A stretch of 64,000 nucleotides of DNA, from positions 6,707 through 70,706 of the forward strand of contig DASYXS010000005.1 in the NCBI GenBank assembly GCA_035934535.1, in the 5' to 3' direction. Position 1 is the first letter of the stretch. Each line of letters opens with the position of its first letter. A program made the position numbers and the translations under genes. The notes under the pieces were generated by a model. That model was not told the origin of the DNA and did not search any database. It worked only from the letters and a program-made list of their open reading frames with translations. This document shows positions 27,717 through 35,951 of this stretch, piece by piece. This DNA is from a bacterium (GTDB lineage Bacteria; Sysuimicrobiota; Sysuimicrobiia; Sysuimicrobiales; Segetimicrobiaceae).

Positions 27717-28121
27717 CTACCGGTTCCGCTCGGCTTCGCGCACGGTGTTGAGCGCCGCCTGCGCTTCCCCCTCGACGATCGCCCAGTCACCGGCCGAGGC
27801 GATATCGTGGTTCGCGTGCTGCGTCACCTCGTAGATTCGCGCAAGCGCGGACTTGACGCGTTCGACTTCCTCCGCCGCCAGCCGCAGCGCCGAGGCGCCG
27901 CCGTCCTCGGACCGGATCGCGCTGAGCGCCCGGAGGGCGTCCCGATAGGCGCGTCGCGCCGCGAGCTCGGCGCCGGCTGCGGGTCGGCTCCGCCGTCGCG
28001 TCCCGCGCCGTGGCTTCGCCACCGCCTTTTTCCGCGCGGCCGCAATTCGCGCGCTGGATCGATCGATCCGCTTCTGGAGATAGAGCCGCACCGCGTCCAC
28101 CCCGCCGGGTATCCTCTTCAT
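27717..28121 (-). CDS. Hypothetical basic protein
   Basis: 134 aa, strong GC3 bias consistent with coding, Arg/Lys-rich N-terminal half and helical C-terminal half; no family recognised; the opposite-strand ORF is Arg-rich noise. Confidence 0.45.
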   Translation of the reverse strand: MKRIPGGVDAVRLYLQKRIDRSSARIAAARKKAVAKPRRGTRRRSRPAAGAELAARRAYRDALRALSAIRSEDGGASALRLAAEEVERVKSALARIYEVTQHANHDIASAGDWAIVEGEAQAALNTVREAERNR

Positions 28122-28178
28122 CGCACCCTCCTGTGATGTCGCGTTGATCCCGGCGCGGGACCGCGCCGCGGTTTCAGG

Positions 28179-28880
28179 TCAGGCCCGTACATGCTCCACC
28201 AGCCCGGCGAGATCGCGCACGATCACGTCCGGCGCAGGTCCTAATCGCTCCCGCGGCGCGCCGGCCCGGTTGACCCAGGCAGCCCGTAGGCCGAAGGCCT
28301 TTGCTCCCGCGGCGTCCCAGGCGTTTGACGAGACGAACAGGATCGCCGAGCGGGCGAGCCCGAGCCGGCGCTCGGCGAGCGCGTACACGGCGGGGACCGG
28401 CTTGTAGGTCCGTACCTCGTCGACGCTGAGAACGTGCGCAAACGATTGGCGGAGCTCCGCCGACCGCAGCGCGCGCTCCAGCATGGACGGGCTGCCGTTG
28501 GACAGCACGGCGAGCGTCTTCGGCGCCAGGCGCGCGAGCGCGGCGGGCACCTCGGGATACGCGCGCAGCGTCAGCCAGCCCTCCAGCATCCGCCGGCGCG
28601 CGTCGGGTTCGACGGCGAGGCCCAGCCGCTCGAGCGTGTAATCGAGGGAGGCGGCCGTGACGGCCCAAAAGTCGTCGTACCGGTCCATCGCGGCGCGCAG
28701 CCAGGTGTACTCGAGCTGCTTCTGCCGCCACGCCGTCACGACGGCCTCTGAGCCGGCGGTCTCGGCGGCGCCCCCTTCGGGGACTGGCCCACCGGATGCG
28801 CGGGCGTCGCAGAGGCGGTCGAGGGAGCGCACGTCGAGGAGCGTGCCGTAGAGGTCGAAGACCAACGCCTCGACGGTCAT
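28179..28880 (-). CDS. Haloacid dehalogenase type II / HAD superfamily hydrolase
   Basis: HAD motif I FDLYGTL at N-terminus; 233 aa; L-2-haloacid dehalogenase-like. Confidence 0.75.
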   Translation of the reverse strand: MTVEALVFDLYGTLLDVRSLDRLCDARASGGPVPEGGAAETAGSEAVVTAWRQKQLEYTWLRAAMDRYDDFWAVTAASLDYTLERLGLAVEPDARRRMLEGWLTLRAYPEVPAALARLAPKTLAVLSNGSPSMLERALRSAELRQSFAHVLSVDEVRTYKPVPAVYALAERRLGLARSAILFVSSNAWDAAGAKAFGLRAAWVNRAGAPRERLGPAPDVIVRDLAGLVEHVRA

Positions 28881-29638
28881 TCCGGCACGGTCACGCCGCG
28901 CACGCGATGCGCCTCGATGAGGCGGGCGACGAGGCCCGACGCTTTCGCGCCTTCTACGAACTCACGCAGGAACGCGGCGCCCGCGCCGGCCGATCCCCGG
29001 CCGGCAACCATGAAATTAGAACCGCCGCGTCCGCGCGGGGTGCCGATCGACTGCTGCACGCCCGTCACCCGGCCGTCCAGCACGCGCGACCCCGGCAGCG
29101 CGTCGGCCGCGGCGACGAGGCGCGGCTTGAGGCAGGCCAGCGCGTCGAGCTTCGCCTCCACGAACAGTGTGACCGACGCCTCGATGCCTTCGGCGCGCAC
29201 GAGCGCCGCGTGCTCGAGGGTGCGGCTGAGGAAGAGATCGTACGCGCTCTTGGCGGAGACCGCGATGCGCACGCCGTCCCGGTCCACGTCCGCGAGCGTC
29301 CGGATCGGCGAGCCCGCCGGCACGAGGTACGTGACGGGAATCTCGAGATAGGCGGGGCTGAACGCGATTTCCGCGGCGCGTTGCGGTTCGTTGCCGAGGA
29401 ACGCGATGTCCCAGCGGTTGTCGCCGGCGCCGTCCGCCAGGGGACCGGCCTGGGGATACCGCACGAATTCCAAGGGCACGCCGAGGCGGCGTCCGATCTC
29501 GCGCGCGAGATCGGGTGCGACGCCGCGCGGCTCGCCGGTCGGGCCGTCGGGCAGCACGAGTAAAGAATTTCCGTAGTTCAGGCCGGCGCGCAGGACGCCC
29601 GACGGCGCAAGCGCCGCCCGGACCTCACGGATGCCCAA
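28877..29638 (-). CDS. Family 3 solute-binding-like protein without signal peptide (PBP2 fold)
   Basis: 253 aa; SBP_bac_3-type regions (LRAGLNYGNSLL, DIAFLGNEPQRA); no N-terminal signal peptide; carries an antisense copy of the intragenic repeat (GGSNFMVAGRG). Confidence 0.65.
   Translation of the reverse strand: MGIREVRAALAPSGVLRAGLNYGNSLLVLPDGPTGEPRGVAPDLAREIGRRLGVPLEFVRYPQAGPLADGAGDNRWDIAFLGNEPQRAAEIAFSPAYLEIPVTYLVPAGSPIRTLADVDRDGVRIAVSAKSAYDLFLSRTLEHAALVRAEGIEASVTLFVEAKLDALACLKPRLVAAADALPGSRVLDGRVTGVQQSIGTPRGRGGSNFMVAGRGSAGAGAAFLREFVEGAKASGLVARLIEAHRVRGVTVPE
28982..29032 (+). repeat. Intragenic ~45 bp repeat, copy 2 (core ATGAAAT 29010-29016), antisense inside the SBP_bac_3-like gene
   Basis: cgcgccggccgatccccGGCCGGCAACCATGAAATTAGAACCGCCGcg; host gene on opposite strand reads GGSNFMVAGRG. 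Confidence 0.5.
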
Positions 29639-30401
29639 TGTAGTCCATCCGGCCGCCGTCGACGGTGAGGATCTGCGCCGTCACGAATCCCGACTCGGGG
29701 GCGGCAAGAAACGCGACCGCGTGCGCGACGTCGTCGGGCGCGCCAACGCGGCCGACCATCGCGCGGTCGCTGAGCCGCTTGACGGTGTCGCGTAGCTCCT
29801 GCTCGCTGCGCTCGGCCTTCACCATGTCGGTGATGATGAAGCCGGGGGCCACGGCGTTGACGGTGATCCCGTGCGGCCCGAGCTCCATCGCGAACCGCCG
29901 CGTCAGCAGCGACACCGCGGCTTTCGTGGCCGCGTAGAACGAGGCGCCGGGCAGGGTCGTGCCGTTGGCCGCCGCCGAACTGATGTTGACGATGCGGCCG
30001 TAGCGCCGTTCCTTCATCGCCGGGACCACCGCGCGCGTGACGTGGATGAGCCCGTCGACGTTGGTGCGCCGCATCTGCTCGAACCGCGCCGGATCGAAGT
30101 CCTCGAGCGTCGCGCGGGCGGACATGCCGGCGTTGTTCACCAGCACCGACACCGGTCCGAGCTCCGCGACGGTCCGGCCCACCATCGCCGCGACCTCCCC
30201 GGCATCGCCGACGTCCGCGCGGACGGCGATCGCGCGCCCGCCGGCGCCGCGGATCTCCTCCACGACGGTCCGCGCCGCATCGGCGCGGTCGCGGTAGTTG
30301 ACGCAGACCGACGCGCCGTGGCGCGCCAGCCGGACCGCGATCGCTCTGCCGAGACCGCGGGAGGCTCCGGTGACAAGCGCGACCTGCCCGCTCCAACTCA
30401 T
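29625..30401 (-). CDS. SDR family oxidoreductase (FabG-like)
   Basis: 258 aa from MSWSGQVALVTGASRGLG; ATG at 30401 confirmed (CAT 30399-30401); NNAG, YAATK motifs. Confidence 0.85.
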   Translation of the reverse strand: MSWSGQVALVTGASRGLGRAIAVRLARHGASVCVNYRDRADAARTVVEEIRGAGGRAIAVRADVGDAGEVAAMVGRTVAELGPVSVLVNNAGMSARATLEDFDPARFEQMRRTNVDGLIHVTRAVVPAMKERRYGRIVNISSAAANGTTLPGASFYAATKAAVSLLTRRFAMELGPHGITVNAVAPGFIITDMVKAERSEQELRDTVKRLSDRAMVGRVGAPDDVAHAVAFLAAPESGFVTAQILTVDGGRMDYIGHP

Positions 30402-30454
30402 GGGACTCAGGATATTCGGCCGCGCGCCGGGATCGCCTGCCGGCGCCGCGCGGA

Positions 30455-30876
30455 TCAACGTGCCGCGAGCCGGTCGAGCCGCGTTCGAACGCGCGCCTTC
30501 CAGCCGTCCGGGAGCGCCGGCACCTGCGCCGCGCGGACGAGCAGGTCCCCCTCGACCGCCGCGTCTCCGCACAACCGGGTCATGTCCGCGACCGTGACAC
30601 CGTGCCGGTCGCGCTCGATCAGATGTTGACCGCGTCCTCCCGCGTCCACTCCGCGGTGAGGTTCTCGCCGAACATGCCCCGCGGCAGCGTCAGCTCCGGA
30701 AACTCGCCGCGCCAGAACGCGTCGTGGTCCACGGGGTACACGTACACGGCCTTGTTCGGCCCTCCGTGGACGGTCAGGTCGGCCTGCCGGTGTCCGTCCA
30801 GGGTGAGGGCGCGCAGCCGCACCGGCCCGTCGACGGCCTGCTTGAAGATCCCGGTCGAAACGCGCCGGCCCCCGCG
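30455..30876 (-). pseudogene. MOSC-domain (YiiM-like) gene remnant: 5'-truncated, with internal deletion and frameshift
   Basis: Frame 1 reads ...RRVSTGIFKQAVDGPVRLRALTLDGHRQADLTVHGGPNKAVYVYP...GMFGENLTAEW... with no start codon after an upstream TAA, and stops at EDAVNI; a 3-alpha-like C-terminus (VTVADMTRL...LPDGW) continues in another frame; the ~60 aa MOSC barrel core is missing. Confidence 0.55.
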
Positions 30877-30893
30877 TTACGCCTGTAACAAAA

Positions 30894-30960
30894 TCGGCAC
30901 TCGCGAGACTCATCCTGTAGACAGAATGAAGATGGTTACATCGAGAATGGAGGAGAGACA
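30894..30960 (+). promoter_or_regulatory. AT-rich leader/promoter region upstream of the ECF sigma gene
   Basis: tgtaacaaaatcggcactcgcgagactcatcctgtagacagaatgaagatggttacatcgagaatggaggagagaca is unusually AT-rich; GGAGGAG RBS before ATG 30961. Confidence 0.25.
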
Positions 30961-31599
30961 ATGAACTCGTTCGGCAAGGCGTTTGGAGCGTTCGTACTGG
31001 CAGGGGCGTTGGTGGCGACGGGTACCTGGGCGTTCGCGTCCGCGGCCGGGCGGCCGCCCGATCCGGACGCGCAGGCCGTCGGGCGGCTGCGCGACGGGGA
31101 CGAGGCGGCGTTTCATACCTGGGTCGGCGTGCTGCAGGGCATCGGCCGGTTCGAGCAGCGCAGCTCGCTCAAGACCTGGATCTTTACGATCCTCATGAAC
31201 CGAGTGCGGACCCAGGCGCAGCGCGAGGGCCGCAGCCTTCCTTTCTCCGCCCTCGAGGACCCGGCGGGCGGCGCCGAATCCTCGCTGCCGGCGGACAGAT
31301 TTCTCCCGGCCGATCACGCGAAATGGCCGCATCACTGGGCCGCGCCGCCGAAGGAGTGAGGCGGCTCTCCCGAGGACCGGCTGTTCTCGGCGGAGGCCCG
31401 GGCGGAGATTCAGCGCGCCATCGATGCGCTGCCGCCGGGCCAGCGCGAAGTGATTACGCTCTGCGACGTCGAGGGTTGGTCGGCGGAAGAGGCATGCGCG
31501 CTGCTGCGGATCACGCCCGGCAATCAGCGGGTGCTGCTCCACCGCGCCAGGTCGAAAGTCCGGCTCGCGCTGGAGCGCTATTTCGAGGAGGTCGACTGA
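30961..31599 (+). pseudogene. ECF-type RNA polymerase sigma factor interrupted by an in-frame TGA (31357-31359), with an atypical N-terminal region
   Basis: Region 2-like segment (GDEAAFHTWV...RSSLKTWIFTILMNRVRTQAQREGR), linker ...WPHHWAAPPKE*GGSPEDRLF, then intact region 4 (QREVITLCDVEGWSAEEACALLRITPGNQRVLLHRARSKVRLALE) in the same frame; TGA is one substitution from TGG (Trp); region 2.1/2.2 looks shortened and the N-terminus is hydrophobic. Confidence 0.5.
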
Positions 31600-31856
31600 T
31601 GGCGGCCCCAAACGAGATGAGCTGGCGGGAACTGGTGGAGGTGGTCACCGACTATCTGGAGGCCACGCTGCCGGCGGGGGACCGCCGACGATTCGAGGAG
31701 CATCTCGCGGAATGCCCGCCCTGCCGGGTGTATCTTGCGCAGATGCGCCACACGATCGGCGCGCTCGGCAGACTGCCGCGTGAATCGATCTCCGACGACG
31801 CCAAACGCGGTCTCCTCGACGTATTTCGCGACTGGAAGAAGCGCCCGCCGACGTAA
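31599..31856 (+). CDS. Anti-sigma factor, zinc-finger (zf-HC2) type
   Basis: TGATG overlap with the sigma gene stop; 85 aa with HLAECPPCRVYL (H-x3-C-x2-C) motif. Confidence 0.7.
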   Translation: MAAPNEMSWRELVEVVTDYLEATLPAGDRRRFEEHLAECPPCRVYLAQMRHTIGALGRLPRESISDDAKRGLLDVFRDWKKRPPT

Positions 31857-31910
31857 CCGCGCTCTCCTGGAGGACCGCGCCCGCGCGGCTGCGAACACCC
31901 GATCCTGCCC

Positions 31911-32894
31911 ATGCCCGAGCCGCGCATCTATCTCACCCAGCCGATTCCCGACGGGGCGCTGGCGCGCCTGCGCGGCCTTGGGCCGGTCGAGATGTACGAC
32001 GACCCGCTCACGATCGCGCCCCGCGACCGGCTGCTGGCCGGCGTGCGCGAGGCCGACATCCTCTTCTGTCTCCTCCACGACCGCATCGACGCGGACGTGT
32101 TGGCCGCGGGAGAGCGGCTGCGGCTCGTCGCCTGCATGGCGATCATTCCCGCGAACATCGATCTGGCCGCGGCGACCGGGCGCGGGATTCCTGTCACGGT
32201 CATCCCCCCGCTCGTCACCGAAGCCACCGCCGACGTGAACATGGCGCTGCTGCTCGCCGTGGCGCGGCGGATCGTCGAGGGCGACCGGCTGCTGCGCGCC
32301 GGCGTCTTTCCCGGCTCGCAATCGATGCATCTCGTCGGCGGCACGGTGCACGGCAAGACGCTCGGCATCGTCGGGCTCGGCGCGATCGGCCGGGAGGTGG
32401 CGAAGCGCGGGCGGGGCTTCGGGATGCGCGTGCTGTACGTGAAGCGCCGGCGCCTGCCGGACGCGGAGGAGGGCGCGCTCGGCGTGGAGTGGGCGCCGCT
32501 CGACGCCCTGCTGCGGGAGGCGGATTTCGTGTCGGTGAACGCGCTCTTCACTCCCGAGACGCGGCACCTCATCGGCGAGCGCGAACTCGGCCTCATGAAG
32601 CCGACGGCGTACATCGTCAATACCTCGCGCGGCCCGCTCATCGATGAAGCGGCGCTGGCGCGGGCCCTGCGGGAGCGCCGGATCGCCGGCGCCGGCCTCG
32701 ACGTGTACGAGGACGAGCCGCGGGTCACCCCGGAGTTGATCGGTTTGCCGAACGTGGTGCTGACGCCGCACGTCGGCAGCGCCGACCGCGAGACCCGCGA
32801 GCGGATCGCCGGGGTCGTCGTCGACAACATCGAGGCGTGGCTGCGCGGAGACCGCCCGCCGAACGTCGCCAACCCCGAGGTCTACGCGCGGTGA
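31911..32894 (+). CDS. D-isomer-specific 2-hydroxyacid dehydrogenase (glyoxylate/hydroxypyruvate reductase-like)
   Basis: NAD-binding GIVGLGAIGREVAKR, catalytic R/E/H arrangement (NTSRG, TPHVGS); 327 aa. Confidence 0.85.
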   Translation: MPEPRIYLTQPIPDGALARLRGLGPVEMYDDPLTIAPRDRLLAGVREADILFCLLHDRIDADVLAAGERLRLVACMAIIPANIDLAAATGRGIPVTVIPPLVTEATADVNMALLLAVARRIVEGDRLLRAGVFPGSQSMHLVGGTVHGKTLGIVGLGAIGREVAKRGRGFGMRVLYVKRRRLPDAEEGALGVEWAPLDALLREADFVSVNALFTPETRHLIGERELGLMKPTAYIVNTSRGPLIDEAALARALRERRIAGAGLDVYEDEPRVTPELIGLPNVVLTPHVGSADRETRERIAGVVVDNIEAWLRGDRPPNVANPEVYAR

Positions 32895-32931
32895 GCGCGC
32901 GCCGGCGCCGGCGGCCGGGCGAGGTGGGCGC

Positions 32932-34629
32932 ATGCTGACGGTCAAAGAGGCGCTGGAGCTCGACGTGCTGCGCGACGTGAAGATCGTGGCCGGCAGTGAG
33001 GGGCTCGACCGGCAGATTCGCTGGTGCCACATCATCGACAACCCCGAGATCGTCCGCTGGATCCAGGGAGGCGAGCTGCTGCTCACGACCGGCTACGGCT
33101 GGCCGGAGATGGAGCAGACGAGCCGCCGCACGATCCGGGCGCTCAACGGCAAGCGGTTGGCCGCGATTCTCTTCGATCCCGGGCCGTTCCTCGGCGAGAT
33201 TCCGGCCAACGTCGTCGACGAGGCGGGGCGCCTCGAGCTGCCGGTGCTCGTCGCGCCGCGGAAGCTGCGGTTCGCCGACGTGACCGAGGCGGTCGGACGC
33301 GAGCTGATCCGGCGGCAGTACGCGATCATCGAGCGCGCCGACCGGTATCACCGTCAGATCACCGCCGCGGCGGTGGAGGCACGCGACCTCAACGACATCG
33401 CGCGCACCGTCTGCGGCCTGACGCGCCGGTCCGTCGCCATCGAAGACGCGGAGTTCCGGCCGCTCGCGCGGGCGGACTCGCCCGCAACGATGAAATTGCA
33501 GCGGGCCGAACACGGCGACGGCGCGGGAACCCCGTCGGCGGCGGCCGGCCCGGCCGCGGGCGTTCCGCCGTTCCCGCACGACGGCCCGGAGTGGCGGGCG
33601 CTGCGCGAACGGCTGCGGGGCGCCGACGGCGCCGTGCGGCAGGACGGCCGCGTGGCGTGCGCGATCAGGGCCGGCAGCGAGCTGCTCGGCTACCTGTGGA
33701 TCCTCGAGGGCCAGGCGCCGCTCGGCGATCTCGAGCTGCGGGTGGCCGAGCACGGCTCGATGGTCGCGGCGCTGCACATCCTGCGCCAGCGCTCGCAGGC
33801 CGCCGTTGAGGCGAGAATCGGCCACACCGTCGTCGACGCGCTGATCCGCGGCGACGTGCCGGCGGAAGATCTGATCGAGCGGTCGCGGCTCCTCGGCTTC
33901 GACCCGGACGGCGATTATGTCGTCATGATGGTCTCGCTCATGGACCGCGCCGCCCGAGGCCGCAAGTGGCCGCTGACCAGCCGCGACGAGTATGATCGGC
34001 GCGAGCACGCCGCGCAGGTGCTGCGGCGCCTCTTGGGACAGGACCGGCTGCCGATCCTGTGCACGTACTCGCTCAACCGGATCATCTGTCTTCTGTCGGT
34101 GAATCGCATGCCGGATGCGCCCGAGTGGCCGCGCCGGTTCGCGCGCCGGCTGCACGAGCATCTGGCCGGTGCGGACGGTGTGCCGCCCGTGCTGGTGACG
34201 TTTGGGACGGCACACGCCGGGCTGGCCGGCGTGTCCAAGGGCTACTGGGAAGCCGACCGGGCGCTCGCCCTGGCCAAGGATGCCGACCGCATCTTGTTCT
34301 TCGAGGATCTCACACTCGCCCATCTCCTGGCGCAGATCTCGGACACGACCTCGCTGCAGGCGATGTACGCGCGGACGCTCGGACCGGTGCTCGCCGGCCC
34401 GAGGGGCCGCGTGCTGAGAGAAACCCTCTGGGCGCTCGTCGACGCCGGGTTCAACAGGGAGACGGCGGCCGCGGCGCTCGGCATCCACCGCAACACGATG
34501 CGCGGACGGCTGGAGCGGGTGCAGGCGCTGCTCTGCCGGCCGCTCGGCGACCCCACCGTTCGCCGCGACCTCGCAGTGATCAAGGAGATCGAGCAGTTGT
34601 TGGTCCCCGAATCACGCCCGACGATCTGA
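32932..34629 (+). CDS. PucR family transcriptional regulator
   Basis: 565 aa; PucR N-terminal ligand-binding domain and C-terminal HTH (ETAAAALGIHRNTMRGRLERV); contains one copy of the intragenic repeat (ADSPATMKLQRAE). Confidence 0.75.
   Translation: MLTVKEALELDVLRDVKIVAGSEGLDRQIRWCHIIDNPEIVRWIQGGELLLTTGYGWPEMEQTSRRTIRALNGKRLAAILFDPGPFLGEIPANVVDEAGRLELPVLVAPRKLRFADVTEAVGRELIRRQYAIIERADRYHRQITAAAVEARDLNDIARTVCGLTRRSVAIEDAEFRPLARADSPATMKLQRAEHGDGAGTPSAAAGPAAGVPPFPHDGPEWRALRERLRGADGAVRQDGRVACAIRAGSELLGYLWILEGQAPLGDLELRVAEHGSMVAALHILRQRSQAAVEARIGHTVVDALIRGDVPAEDLIERSRLLGFDPDGDYVVMMVSLMDRAARGRKWPLTSRDEYDRREHAAQVLRRLLGQDRLPILCTYSLNRIICLLSVNRMPDAPEWPRRFARRLHEHLAGADGVPPVLVTFGTAHAGLAGVSKGYWEADRALALAKDADRILFFEDLTLAHLLAQISDTTSLQAMYARTLGPVLAGPRGRVLRETLWALVDAGFNRETAAAALGIHRNTMRGRLERVQALLCRPLGDPTVRRDLAVIKEIEQLLVPESRPTI
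33463..33510 (+). repeat. Intragenic ~45 bp repeat, copy 3 (core ATGAAAT 33490-33496) inside the PucR regulator gene
   Basis: ctcgcgcgggcGGACTCGCCCGCAACGATGAAATTGCAGCGGGccgaa; about 76% identical to copy 1 over ~50 nt; translated ADSPATMKLQRAE. Confidence 0.55.
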
Positions 34630-34716
34630 GTCCCGTCGGCGCCCGGCGCTGTGCTCGACGCACAGATCGGACACGGCCGATAGTGCGCCCAGCACCTTGA
34701 ATCGACGATCCAGCCC

Positions 34717-35898
34717 GTGGCATGCTGCAAGGAACAGATCCTGTCCTCGGTCGGTGACATTGTGCGAAACGCCCGGCAGCTCGCCGCGAGGTTCGAGCCG
34801 GTGGGACATCTCGCGTTGCCCGGTGGGGGGCAGATTGTCGTCGACGGCGCCTACGCGTACGTGGGGCACATGGCGCCGCCGCACGGCACCTCCATCCTCG
34901 ACGTGGCCGATCCGGCCAAACCCCGGGTGCTCGCGCAGTTGACGGTCCCGGATGATATTCACTCGCATAAGGTGCGGGTGGCGGGCGACGTCATGTTCGT
35001 GAACTACGAGCGGTACCCCGAGGGCGATCTCAGCCGCGCGCCCGACGTAGGCCTCAAGATTTTCGATATCGCGGACCGCCGCCGGCCGTGGGAGATCGCG
35101 TTCTTCCGCACCGCCGGCCGCGGCGTCCACCGCTTCGACCTCCAGGGCACGCACGCGTTCCTGTCCACGGAATGGCCGGGATTCCGGTCCAACATTCTCC
35201 TGATCGTGAATTTCGGGGATCCCGCGCGTCCCGCGGTCACAGGACAGTGGTCGTTCGCGGGGCAGGAGGCCGCGGCGTCCCCGGAGCCGCTGCCGGTCGA
35301 TCATTGGATGCATCTCGCGCTCGCGCGCGGGAACCGCGTGTACGCCGCGTGCGGCCACGCCGGCGTCATGATCGTCGACATCTCTGACCTCAGCCGGCCG
35401 CGCACCGTAAGTGCCATCGCCTGGGATCCGCCGTACACCAACCCGACGCATACCTTTCTGCCCGTGCCGCACCTCATCCGCAACCGCCGCTTCGCCATCG
35501 TGACGGACGAGGACGTCGCCGACGACGTGCTGGAAGACCCGCCCGCGTTCATGTGGATGCTCGACATCACGGAGGAGACGCGGCCCGTGCCGGTGGCGAC
35601 ATACCAGGTCGAGCCCGACGGGCTCGTGGTGCCCGGGCAGCGGTTCGGCGCGCATCAGCCCTGGGAGCACATCCGCGAGGACAACGTCGTGTTCCTCGCC
35701 TGGTTCAGCGGCGGCGTCCGCGCGGTCGACATCTCCGATCCGTACCGCCCGCGCGAGGTGGCGGCGTACGTGCCGCCGGCGGGCCGCGGCCGGCCGGCCG
35801 CGCAGACCAACGACATCTTCGTCGACCGGCGGGGGTTCGTGTACGCCATCGACCGGTACGAAGGCCTGAGCGTGCTCGAGTTTCGACGCAGCGATTAA
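34717..35898 (+). CDS. LVIVD-repeat beta-propeller protein
   Basis: Repeated LVIVD-like blades (GQIVVDGAYAYVGH, AGVMIVDISDLSRP, VRAVDISDPYRP, GFVYAIDRYEGLSVLEF); GTG start at 34717 is uncertain. Confidence 0.6.
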   Translation: MACCKEQILSSVGDIVRNARQLAARFEPVGHLALPGGGQIVVDGAYAYVGHMAPPHGTSILDVADPAKPRVLAQLTVPDDIHSHKVRVAGDVMFVNYERYPEGDLSRAPDVGLKIFDIADRRRPWEIAFFRTAGRGVHRFDLQGTHAFLSTEWPGFRSNILLIVNFGDPARPAVTGQWSFAGQEAAASPEPLPVDHWMHLALARGNRVYAACGHAGVMIVDISDLSRPRTVSAIAWDPPYTNPTHTFLPVPHLIRNRRFAIVTDEDVADDVLEDPPAFMWMLDITEETRPVPVATYQVEPDGLVVPGQRFGAHQPWEHIREDNVVFLAWFSGGVRAVDISDPYRPREVAAYVPPAGRGRPAAQTNDIFVDRRGFVYAIDRYEGLSVLEFRRSD

Positions 35899-35951
35899 GA
35901 GAGGCGACCGGCAAGGGCCTTGCATTCAACGCGTGATGAGGAGGGGAGCCG

